Source: Planctomycetota bacterium (GTDB lineage Bacteria; Planctomycetota; B15-G4; JADJEK01). Taken from it: DNA of 50,019 nt. Position 1 is the first letter of the stretch. Each line of letters begins with the position of its first letter. Location: contig JBGAIQ010000043.1 of NCBI GenBank assembly GCA_044225365.1, positions 1 to 50,019 on the forward strand. The letters are read 5' to 3'. Shown piece by piece: positions 9,734-18,250 of this stretch. Position numbers and translations under genes: made by a program. A model generated the notes under the pieces. The model did no database searches. It was not told where the DNA came from and worked only from the letters and a program-made list of their open reading frames with translations.

Positions 9734-10618
9734 TCAGGAGACCTTGTCGGGATCCTGGCCGCGCAAGACGGAGTTGCCGTCGAACGTCTCTCGCAGGTTG
9801 ATCTCGGCGGGGCGGTCGAGTTCCTTCGGATCGAGTCGCCCGCCCTGGGCGAAGAAGGCGATCGGGTTGCTCCAGACCAACTGTTCGATCTTGGCGTCGG
9901 GGACACCGGCCTGCGACATCTTCACGCACGTCTTCGGAACCATCAGCGGATCGGAGATTCCCCAGTCCGCGGCGCTGTTCACGATCATGCGATCGACGCC
10001 GTATTCGAGCACGATCTGCGTCATGCGCGCCTCGTCCATCTTGGTGAACGGGTAGATCGAGAAGCCCGACCAGCAGCCGAGGTCCTTCGTGATCTTGATC
10101 GTCTCCTCGTTTCCGTGATCGAGGAGCACGCGCTCCATCGGGAACTTCACGTCGCGGATCATTGCGATGCAGCGGTCGAAGCCCTTCTTCTTGTCGCGAT
10201 GCGGAGTATGGACGAGCGCGGGCAATCCGTGCTTCGCCGCGAGTTCGAGCTGGGCGATGAAGAACTTCTCTTCTCGCGGCGTTTGATCGTCGAGGCCGAT
10301 CTCGCCGACGCCGAGCACGCTGTTCTTCTCGAGGTAGCGCGGCAGCACGTCCAGGACGGCCTGGTTCACGCGATCGTCGTTCGCCTCGCGAGGATTGAGC
10401 GCCATCGTGCAGTAGTGGTGGATGCTGAACTGACGCGCGCGGAAGCGCTCGAAGCCGATGAGCGTGTCGAAGTAGTCGACGAACGAACCAATGTTGGTGC
10501 GCGGCTGCCCGAGCCAGAACGCAGGCTCGAGCACGGCGCGGATTCCCGCGAGCGCCATGCGCTGGTAGTCGTCGGTGACGCGGCTGAACATGTGAGCGTG
10601 GGGTTCGAAGATGCGCAT
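9734..10618 (-). CDS. eboB: TatD-family metal hydrolase, EboB type
   Basis: EPHAHM.SR.TDDY, EPAFWLGQPR, ALNPREAN, GEIGLD, HTPHRDK, DHGNE, NSAADWGISDPL. Directly downstream of an EboA-domain gene. Confidence 0.85.
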   Translation of the reverse strand: MRIFEPHAHMFSRVTDDYQRMALAGIRAVLEPAFWLGQPRTNIGSFVDYFDTLIGFERFRARQFSIHHYCTMALNPREANDDRVNQAVLDVLPRYLEKNSVLGVGEIGLDDQTPREEKFFIAQLELAAKHGLPALVHTPHRDKKKGFDRCIAMIRDVKFPMERVLLDHGNEETIKITKDLGCWSGFSIYPFTKMDEARMTQIVLEYGVDRMIVNSAADWGISDPLMVPKTCVKMSQAGVPDAKIEQLVWSNPIAFFAQGGRLDPKELDRPAEINLRETFDGNSVLRGQDPDKVS

Positions 10619-10644
10619 CGTTTCGGTCCGTTTCGGGGTTGGGG

Positions 10645-11499
10645 TCAGCGCGAAGCCGCGCGAATGGCCTGTCGCAGGAGGTCCTGGATCTCGGTTCGCG
10701 GCTCGCGGTCGACGCGCTCCTTCGCGAAGCGGACGAGATCCGCATGGCCTAGCGTCAGCAGCGCGCGGGCCGCGCCGCGGCGGATCTTGTCGTCGCCGTG
10801 CTCGAGGCCTCCGATCACTCTCGCGATCGTGCCCGGGCATGGCGCGAGTGCGACGAACTCGAGCATGTCGGGCCAGACAGGACGACCGGCGGCCTCGCGC
10901 TCGCTCGCGAGATCGAGGAGCATGCGCGAGAGTTCGACGTTGGCGAGCGAATTCGCATCGAGGAGTCGCGAGAGCGGCAGCCCGATGAACGCGCACTTCA
11001 GGACGATTCGATTGAACCCGGCGATCCCGAACGCCTCGACGCCTGCCGCACGCGCCGGGAGATTGGAGTCGCAGGTTGCCGCTGAGAAGTGACTCTCCAT
11101 GTTGGAGCGATGCGCTTCTTCGAGCAGCGCGACGATTCCAGCGTCGATCTTGGAGAGCGACGCGACGCGCAGGGCCTCGATCCGCTCGTCCATGTCGCCG
11201 TGGCGATAGAGGTCGAGCAGGACGGATCCGTCCGCCTTCGCCGCGCGCGCGAGCAGGAGCGCAGCGAGATCGCACTGCCGCCAGGCGGCGAGGTTGCACC
11301 GTGCGGGGAGCTTCTCCCCGCACGCGAATTCGATTCGTTGCGCGCTGCTCCCGCTCACCTCCACCCGGCCGATTCGGCGGGGCAGTTGAGGAAACAGTTC
11401 GAGGAGGGCTTTACTGCCCTCGCTCGAACAACGTGTGAGGGCGGCGTCGAAGAAGGTCTTCGCGTCGCCAGGAAGATCGATCCGCAGCTCGGTCACCAT
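10645..11499 (-). CDS. eboA: EboA-domain protein with HEAT-like C-terminus
   Basis: LYRHGDMDER, FNRIVLKCAFIGLPL and LSRMLLDLASEREAAGRPV are typical of EboA. Adjacent to an EboB-like TatD. Confidence 0.8.
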   Translation of the reverse strand: MVTELRIDLPGDAKTFFDAALTRCSSEGSKALLELFPQLPRRIGRVEVSGSSAQRIEFACGEKLPARCNLAAWRQCDLAALLLARAAKADGSVLLDLYRHGDMDERIEALRVASLSKIDAGIVALLEEAHRSNMESHFSAATCDSNLPARAAGVEAFGIAGFNRIVLKCAFIGLPLSRLLDANSLANVELSRMLLDLASEREAAGRPVWPDMLEFVALAPCPGTIARVIGGLEHGDDKIRRGAARALLTLGHADLVRFAKERVDREPRTEIQDLLRQAIRAASR

Positions 11500-11568
11500 T
11501 TCATCTCTCGAAGTTCCGGAAGGGGCCGGAACGAACGAGGATAACCGGAACTGCGTTCGAGTCCAATT

Positions 11569-11889
11569 TCACGGATGGGCGGGAGCGTCTCCGAGGAGGT
11601 GCGTCGCGTGGGTGATCGCGGCGCCGGCGTTGAGCGCCGAGGCGACGAGACCGACCTCCGCGAGCTCCTGCTCGCTCACCCCGGCCTTCACCGCGCGCTT
11701 CTTGTGCACCTCGATGCAGTACACGCAGCGCGTCGTAAGGGCGATTCCGAGTGCGATGAGCGACTTGGTGCGCGACGGGATGGCGCCATCGGCGAGCGCC
11801 TTCTTGTCGAAGTCGACGAAGGCCTTGAAAGCGTCGGGCGCGAGCTCGCCGATACGGGAGAGCTTCTTGAGATTGTTCATGTCGTACAT
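11569..11889 (-). CDS. Carboxymuconolactone decarboxylase/AhpD-family protein
   Basis: KSLIALGIALTTRCVYCIEVH (CxxC..H) AhpD core. GGAG RBS upstream. Confidence 0.88.
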   Translation of the reverse strand: MYDMNNLKKLSRIGELAPDAFKAFVDFDKKALADGAIPSRTKSLIALGIALTTRCVYCIEVHKKRAVKAGVSEQELAEVGLVASALNAGAAITHATHLLGDAPAHP

Positions 11890-11986
11890 GGTCTTGCTCC
11901 GTGGTGTGTGGAGTCGGGAAGAACGAGTGAGTCGATCTCGACGAACGCCGAATTCAAGGCAATAGCTCGACTCGGCGGCAATGCTC

Positions 11987-13618
11987 TCAGCGATTCACCG
12001 TCACTCCGGCCTTCACGACGAACCGACACACGGAACCGCGATCGACGTACTCCAGCGTGTACTCGACTCCCGGCTGCATCTTCGCGAAGTCCTCGGGCTC
12101 GATGCGGAGGTAGAACTCCTGGATCCCGCGCGCGACGTCCACCCAGTAGCCGCGAGTCGCGTGCGCCGGAATCGCGGCCTTGCCCTTGCTGCGCAGGACG
12201 AACTCTTTGCCGCAGAGATCGTAGAACGCCTTGAACTGGGACGCGTCCTCCCCGAAGTGACCTTCGTCGACGTGCATGACGAGGTGGCCCGCGGTCTTTG
12301 GATCGTCGAGCCGCATCTTCACGACGTCATCCTTCGCCGCGTCCTCGTACCAGCGTAGCCGGCTCACCGTGAGACGTTCGAAACCGGTCGCGAGCGCGTC
12401 GAGACGCGCCTTGTTGGCGTGCGCGCCGACGCGATCGGAGAGCGATTCGCACGAGTACGGGTTCGCGTGACCGAAAGCGTCATTCGTCTCGCCCTTGGCG
12501 GCTCGCGCGGCGCGCAGGCCCCAGCTGACGAGACCGGCATTCGCATGATCGTCGAACGTCTTCACGTGGACCATGATCCCGAGCCCGCCAGGATCGAGGG
12601 CGCCTTGTCCGAGCCGCGAGTAGTTGAGTCGCCGCCATCGTCCGCCGACGAACACTTCGTTGAAGGTGTGCGACGCCCACGAGTTCCCGAGCTTCTGCGT
12701 CGATTCGACGAGGATCGCGCGGATGCGTTCGTCCTTCACTCCGTCGAGCAGCGGGCGCTCGCCCGGATCCGACGCGTCGACGATCGGGATGCACACGATC
12801 TCGCGCGTCGGGATGCCCGCGGCGCGAAGGCCCGTGTTCAGGTAGATCGCGGTCGAGGTGCATGTGCCGTGGATCTTGTTCACGTACATTCCGCGGCCGA
12901 ACAACTCGCGGTTCCACTGCTCGTCGAGGGAGCGATGGTTCTTCAGGAGCGCGGCCTTGACCGATTCCTCGAGACCGCGCGCCACGCTGGGCCGGCCGTT
13001 CTCGAACTCGACGGCGAAGGTGGTGAAGCTGTCCTCGAACGCGGCGCGATCGAGCAGCCAACGCGCGACGCGAGCGGCGGTCGTGACGTCGTCGAGCGCA
13101 GAAAGATCGATGCCGTCCTTCGCGAGGCCGGCGACGAGATCGGCCTTCATCGCGGCGTCGTAGTTGGACGTCGGTCCCGGGGCGAGGTACTTCGCGAGCG
13201 CGGGGCGCGGATCCCGCCAGTTCGGATCGGGAGTCAGCGTCACGCCCGCGTCGCTGAGCGGATAGAGCACGACCGAGAGTTCGACGTACTCGTTCGTCCG
13301 CTTCACGACCCGCGCGTCCTGGAAATCGTCGTAGAGGGCGCTCTCGTCGATCGGAGGCAGGACGCGTAGAACCGCCTCGATCGTGTAGGTGTATTCGCGG
13401 CGTTCGGTGGGCGAGAAGTCGGGAACGCCGTCGCCGTCGCTGTCCTTCTGGTCGGGATCGGTCAGGTACTTGTGGACCTCGAGGAAGTCGGACAACCCAT
13501 CGCCGTCGCGATCCGAGTCCTTATCCTTTCCGGTCGTGGCGACGTTCTGAGCTTGGCAAAGCAGTGGGAGGAGACCGTGGACGAGAAAGATCACGATCGA
13601 AGTTCGACCCAAGGACAT
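11987..13618 (-). CDS. Secreted transglutaminase-like protein with N-terminal Ca-binding Asp repeats
   Basis: Signal-like N-terminus, DSDRDGDGLSD...TDP...DSDGDGVPD, core GTCTSTA...LRAAGIPTR...HTFNEVFVGGRWRRLN. Confidence 0.75.
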   Translation of the reverse strand: MSLGRTSIVIFLVHGLLPLLCQAQNVATTGKDKDSDRDGDGLSDFLEVHKYLTDPDQKDSDGDGVPDFSPTERREYTYTIEAVLRVLPPIDESALYDDFQDARVVKRTNEYVELSVVLYPLSDAGVTLTPDPNWRDPRPALAKYLAPGPTSNYDAAMKADLVAGLAKDGIDLSALDDVTTAARVARWLLDRAAFEDSFTTFAVEFENGRPSVARGLEESVKAALLKNHRSLDEQWNRELFGRGMYVNKIHGTCTSTAIYLNTGLRAAGIPTREIVCIPIVDASDPGERPLLDGVKDERIRAILVESTQKLGNSWASHTFNEVFVGGRWRRLNYSRLGQGALDPGGLGIMVHVKTFDDHANAGLVSWGLRAARAAKGETNDAFGHANPYSCESLSDRVGAHANKARLDALATGFERLTVSRLRWYEDAAKDDVVKMRLDDPKTAGHLVMHVDEGHFGEDASQFKAFYDLCGKEFVLRSKGKAAIPAHATRGYWVDVARGIQEFYLRIEPEDFAKMQPGVEYTLEYVDRGSVCRFVVKAGVTVNR

Positions 13619-13741
13619 GCGGATCCACTCCGTTCTCTATCGGTTCCGTCCTGCGCGCCGAGTGTAGCGATTCGTTTCGAACATCGCGTTCGAGGTCTGT
13701 TGAACCGGAATCGCGCGGGATCGCGGAACAGGAGAAGCTCG

Positions 13742-15070
13742 ATGCACGGTTCGACCCTGGAACGGATCCTCTCGCTCGCGGTTCTCGTCCTCGGTTGCAC
13801 GGTTCCCGCCCTCGCGATCGCGGCTTGCGGTTCGAGAGCGGAGTTCAACGACTCGATCGAATCATCCGCCATCGCCGAGGGCGCCCTCGCGCGCCGACTC
13901 GACGACAGCTCCGACGCGAAGCTCAGTCAGATGGGTTACCTCGGGACCGGGACCGCCAGTACGGCATTCCTCGGTCGGGTCGAAACGAACGCCGGACTTG
14001 CCGATCTGCCCGCCGATGCCGCGGCTCCAGCGCCCCAGAATCCTGCCGCGCCGCCTTCCGCCGAGAAGCCCGCGCGACTGCGGATCTACAAGGCTCGCGC
14101 CGAAGTGCTCGTCCCCACGATCGCCGAGGCCATCACGAAGTTCACGACCACCGTGGAGAACGAAGGCGGCTACGTCGAGACGCGCAATGACGCGGACATC
14201 GTATGTCGCGTGCCGGTCGCGAGCTTCAAGAAGCTCATCGAGGAGCTGAAGACATACGGCATCGTCACGCGGTTCTCCGAATCTGCGGAGGACGTCACGC
14301 GCCAGCATCTCGACCTCGTGATCCGCCTCGAGAACGCAGACAAGTCGCGCCAGCGATTGCTTGCCATCCTGGAGAAGGCGACCGACACCGAAGCGATCCT
14401 GAAGATCGAGCAGGAGATCCGCCGCCTCACGGACGAGATCGAGCAGATGCAGGCGTCGCTCCGGAATCTCGACCAGCAGATCGCGTATTCGACGATCGAG
14501 GCGATCTTCCACGCGAACGCGCCCGAGATCCATGAGCCCGTCACGCGTTCCGGTCTGTTCCCGTGGTTCGACACCCTCGGCCTCGAGCAGCTCTCGAGCT
14601 CGATGGAACGATCGAGTCCCGCGTCGCCGTCGTTCCTTTCCGCGCTGTTCGGCGACGCGCGCGAGCCGCCGAAGGGTTTCATCGCCGTCGCGACGACCGA
14701 TGCCGACATCGACTACAAGGCGATCGCCGCCGACCGGTCGAAGTTTCGCGCCCGGATCTTCGAGAGCTCGCCCGAGGGCGACCTCGCCTTCTGGCTCGCG
14801 GCGTTCCGCAGCGACTTCAAGGATCGCCGCGGATACGTGATCCTCTCCGAGAAGAGCGTGTCGATCGACGGGCGCCCGGGCGCCGAGTTCGTGATCGAAG
14901 GCACGGTCCGAGGCCAGCCCTTGAAGTACCTCTTCGCGATGTCGGTGGAGGAGGGTCGCTTCGAGGATCGCATCCATGTCACCGAGTACCTCGCCGAGAA
15001 GCCGCTCTTCGACGCGCATGCTTCGGAGGTGCGCGCGACGGCGAACATCGAGACGGCGGCCGCGCACTGA
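13742..15070 (+). CDS. DUF4349-domain (lipo)protein
   Basis: Hydrophobic N-terminus with IAAC. IYKARAEVLV...GGYVE...CRVP...EDVT...coiled coil...YSTI pattern of DUF4349. AGGAG upstream. Confidence 0.75.
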   Translation: MHGSTLERILSLAVLVLGCTVPALAIAACGSRAEFNDSIESSAIAEGALARRLDDSSDAKLSQMGYLGTGTASTAFLGRVETNAGLADLPADAAAPAPQNPAAPPSAEKPARLRIYKARAEVLVPTIAEAITKFTTTVENEGGYVETRNDADIVCRVPVASFKKLIEELKTYGIVTRFSESAEDVTRQHLDLVIRLENADKSRQRLLAILEKATDTEAILKIEQEIRRLTDEIEQMQASLRNLDQQIAYSTIEAIFHANAPEIHEPVTRSGLFPWFDTLGLEQLSSSMERSSPASPSFLSALFGDAREPPKGFIAVATTDADIDYKAIAADRSKFRARIFESSPEGDLAFWLAAFRSDFKDRRGYVILSEKSVSIDGRPGAEFVIEGTVRGQPLKYLFAMSVEEGRFEDRIHVTEYLAEKPLFDAHASEVRATANIETAAAH

Positions 15071-15089
15071 AACGAACGGGAGGTTCGCG

Positions 15090-16310
15090 ATGTCGTACAG
15101 GTCGACGTTCAACGGGTTCGCATCCCTGATGATCGGAGTACCCACGTTCTTCGGCTGCGCCGGGAACCTCGCGGGCCCGGAGGCGAAGCAAGCCCTGCCA
15201 CAAGAGGGCCTCGTTCGCGCCTCGCCGAAGCCGGAGTCGCCGCCATCCCCGACGGATTATGCGGCGGACACGTGGGGCATGCCCGAATCGATCGCACGCG
15301 TCCCCGGTTCGGCGGCGGCGAAGGCCTCCGACGTCCGCCTGCGGGTGTATCAGGCCCGCGTCGATCTGCTCGTCCCGAACGTCGAGGAATCGATCGCGAG
15401 ATTCACCACGCTCGTGGAGCAGAGCGGTGGGTACGTCGATTCGCGCACGAACGGCGATCTCCAGACTCGCGTTCCGGTCGTTGCCTACCGCGACGTGCTC
15501 GCGCAGGTGAAGCAATCCGGTCGCGTGACGTTCTTCTCCGAGTCGAGCCAAGACGTGACGAACGATCGCGGCGAGATCGCGATGAAACTCGAGAACGCGA
15601 ACAAGTCGCGCGAGCGATTGTTCGAGGTGCTGGCCAAGGCGACCGCGACCACCGACATCCTCGCCATCGAAGCCGACATCAACCGCCTCACGAACGACAT
15701 CCAGCGCTTCGAGGGACAGCTCCGAGCGATCGACCTCGATGTCGCGTATTCGCGCATCGAAGCGATCTTCTCGGCGAACGCGCCGGAAGGACCGGGAAGC
15801 ACGAGCCAAAGCGGTCTGTTTCCCTGGTTCGATTCGATCGGCGTCGAATCGATGTTGAAGCGCACGGATCGCAACGACGTCGCCGAACCCGGTTTCTTCG
15901 AGTTCCTCGTCCCAACGCGTCATCCGCCGCTCGGATTCGTGCAGGTCGCCTCGAGCGAGAAGTACGAGGAGTTCGCGGCGGTCGCGGCCGATCGCTCGGT
16001 GTTCCGGTCGCGTCGTATCCCGGCTTCGCGCGATGGCGATCTCGGTTTCTGGGTCGATGCGCTTCGCACCGACTTCGTGTCTCGCCGCGGCGACACCCTC
16101 ATCGACGAGAAGAAGACGACGCGCGGTTCGCTGCCCGCGGTCGAGTTCACGCTCGAGCGCACGGTGCAGGGCCAAGCCTATCGCTGCCTCGTCACCCTCT
16201 CCGTCGAGAAGCGTTGGTTCTCCGCCGACGTCCTCGTCGACGAGTTCGTCGCGACGAAGGAGCGGTTCGAGAGCCACCTCGCCGGCGTCCGAGCCTTCGA
16301 CGCAAATTGA
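15090..16310 (+). CDS. DUF4349-domain lipoprotein, tandem paralog
   Basis: GGAGG RBS and FFGC lipobox-like motif. Colinear similarity to the upstream gene (SGLFPWFD, GDL.FW..A.R.DF..RRG). Confidence 0.75.
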   Translation: MSYRSTFNGFASLMIGVPTFFGCAGNLAGPEAKQALPQEGLVRASPKPESPPSPTDYAADTWGMPESIARVPGSAAAKASDVRLRVYQARVDLLVPNVEESIARFTTLVEQSGGYVDSRTNGDLQTRVPVVAYRDVLAQVKQSGRVTFFSESSQDVTNDRGEIAMKLENANKSRERLFEVLAKATATTDILAIEADINRLTNDIQRFEGQLRAIDLDVAYSRIEAIFSANAPEGPGSTSQSGLFPWFDSIGVESMLKRTDRNDVAEPGFFEFLVPTRHPPLGFVQVASSEKYEEFAAVAADRSVFRSRRIPASRDGDLGFWVDALRTDFVSRRGDTLIDEKKTTRGSLPAVEFTLERTVQGQAYRCLVTLSVEKRWFSADVLVDEFVATKERFESHLAGVRAFDAN

Positions 16311-16331
16311 CCGCGCGCGATCGGCGGTTCC

Positions 16332-17198
16332 CTATGCGCCGAGGCGGCCTGCGAACACGATGCGCCCCTGACCCTCGAGGCATACGTCTTCGAATCGATC
16401 CCCTTCGCGCCGACCCGTGACGACGAGGATCTCGCCGCTCGCGGTGGCGATCGCGACGCGATCCCCGCGGAGTCCGTGCGCCATGAGCGCGAGTCCCGTG
16501 GCGGTCGATCCCGTTCCGCACGCGAGGGTCTCGTCCTCGACGCCGCGCTCGTACGTTCGTAGTGCAAACGCTTCGTCGATCGCGCGGCGCGCCACGAAGT
16601 TCACGTTGGCCCCCGCGGGTGAAAGTGCGTCGTGGAATCGCAGCTCGCGGCCGCGGCGCGACAGATCGATCCGCTGCGGATCGTCGACCTCTACGACGAG
16701 ATGGGGGACTCCGACGATCGTGAAAAGGATCGATTCCTCGCCTTCCGCCGCCCGGATCGCGTCGATCTTGCGGGGGACGGCGATCGATCCGACGCCGATC
16801 CGAGCGCGATCTCGAGCGAGCACCGTGGCGGACACGTCGCCCGCGCCGGTCGCGAGCACGAGTTCGTCGCTTGCCGCGATCCCGATCGTGCGCGCGAGCA
16901 CCGCGGAGCAGAGCGATCCATTGCCGCAGAGCGCGGCGTCGGAGCCGTCGCTGTTCCAGTAGTCGAGATGCACTCGATTCGAAGCGTCCGCTGGCGACAG
17001 CCAGACGACGCCGTCGGCGCCGACTCCGAATCGCCGATCGCACACCGCGGCGATCGCGCGTCGTGAAGGGCGCGGTACCACGCGCCCATCGAAGCCGACG
17101 AAGTCGTTGCCCGAGCCGCAGAGCTTGAAGAAGGGCGCGCCGCGCAGTTCTTCGAAGGCCGAGATGTCGAAGGCGTGGGAGCCGGCGGAATCGTTCAT
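16332..17198 (-). CDS. dapF: Diaminopimelate epimerase
   Basis: GSGNDF, DRRFGVGADG, NSDGS..LCGNG, GVPH, ANVNF, YERGVEDETLACGTG. Confidence 0.93.
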   Translation of the reverse strand: MNDSAGSHAFDISAFEELRGAPFFKLCGSGNDFVGFDGRVVPRPSRRAIAAVCDRRFGVGADGVVWLSPADASNRVHLDYWNSDGSDAALCGNGSLCSAVLARTIGIAASDELVLATGAGDVSATVLARDRARIGVGSIAVPRKIDAIRAAEGEESILFTIVGVPHLVVEVDDPQRIDLSRRGRELRFHDALSPAGANVNFVARRAIDEAFALRTYERGVEDETLACGTGSTATGLALMAHGLRGDRVAIATASGEILVVTGRREGDRFEDVCLEGQGRIVFAGRLGA

Positions 17199-18148
17199 CG
17201 AAAGGACCCTTCTCGTGCGATCGCGACGACCCAGGCGAGCACGATCACGAATACGGCCGCGAAGGCGCAGCGCCGTTGGACCGCGGGCTCGGCGAGGAGC
17301 GTCCGCGGCACGAAGCCGACGGCCGCACCGAGCACGCCGCCCATCAAGAGCCCCGTCGCGTGCGCGACGATGTCGGTGCGCTCGCCCCCGGTGCCCAGGG
17401 TGCTGAAGTAGGCGAGTCCGAGCGCGACGAGGAGCAGGCGGGCGCTGCGCCGCAGGCCGCGACCGCGTTCGTTGAACACGCGATACGCGATCAGTGCGCC
17501 CACGGCGCCGAAAATCGCCGTCGAGGCGCCGAGCGACGCGTAGTCCGCACCGTGAAGCAATGTCGCGAGAGCGTTCCCGAGCACGCCGGCGAGCAGCGCG
17601 ACGAGGATGCCGAGTCCGCCGCCGAGAGGCTGGCAGAGGCCCGCGAGGACGGGGAAGCCGAACACGACGTTCGACGCGACGTGGACGACGTCGGCGTGCA
17701 GAGTGAGCGCGGTCACGAGGCGCTCGACCTCGCCGTGGCGGATCGCAGAGCCGTCGGAACGACCGCGCTGCGTCCAGTCGAGCCCGAACCCGCGGATCAC
17801 TTGCATGAAGTACATCATGAACAGGAAGATCCCGGCGAAGAACGCCGACGCCATGCCCGAGGTCAGCAGGAATTCGGGCGCCTCGTGCGGCGGCCAGTTC
17901 TTGTTCTCCGCGGCGTAGCGCGCGAGCTCGCGCCGAGCCCGCGCGGCGAATCGCGGCGCGACCACGACCGACAGGGCGGTCCCGCGCTCCGCGATGCCGA
18001 AAGGGATGTCGCGAGCGTCGAGGACGAGAGCGATCTCGTTCACCTGCGCGTCGGCGAAGACCGTGGCGATCGCGATCGCGCGCGGAGCGGGAGTGGATCC
18101 GACGCCCGCGGGATCGTCGTCATGAGGATGGGGCCGGCGCTCGTCCAT
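17195..18148 (-). CDS. Rhomboid-family intramembrane serine protease
   Basis: RLVTALTLHADVVHVASN, GASTAIFG (catalytic Ser), DIVAHATG (catalytic His), multiple TM helices. Overlaps the dapF start by 4 nt. Confidence 0.87.
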   Translation of the reverse strand: MDERRPHPHDDDPAGVGSTPAPRAIAIATVFADAQVNEIALVLDARDIPFGIAERGTALSVVVAPRFAARARRELARYAAENKNWPPHEAPEFLLTSGMASAFFAGIFLFMMYFMQVIRGFGLDWTQRGRSDGSAIRHGEVERLVTALTLHADVVHVASNVVFGFPVLAGLCQPLGGGLGILVALLAGVLGNALATLLHGADYASLGASTAIFGAVGALIAYRVFNERGRGLRRSARLLLVALGLAYFSTLGTGGERTDIVAHATGLLMGGVLGAAVGFVPRTLLAEPAVQRRCAFAAVFVIVLAWVVAIAREGSFR

Positions 18149-18250
18149 CCACGGATTCTCGCATTCGCCATGCCGTGGATCGAGCGCGCTCGCCCTATCA
18201 TTTCGATCGAGTTGAAGATCGTCTCGATCGAGTTGTCTGGGGTCGCTCGT

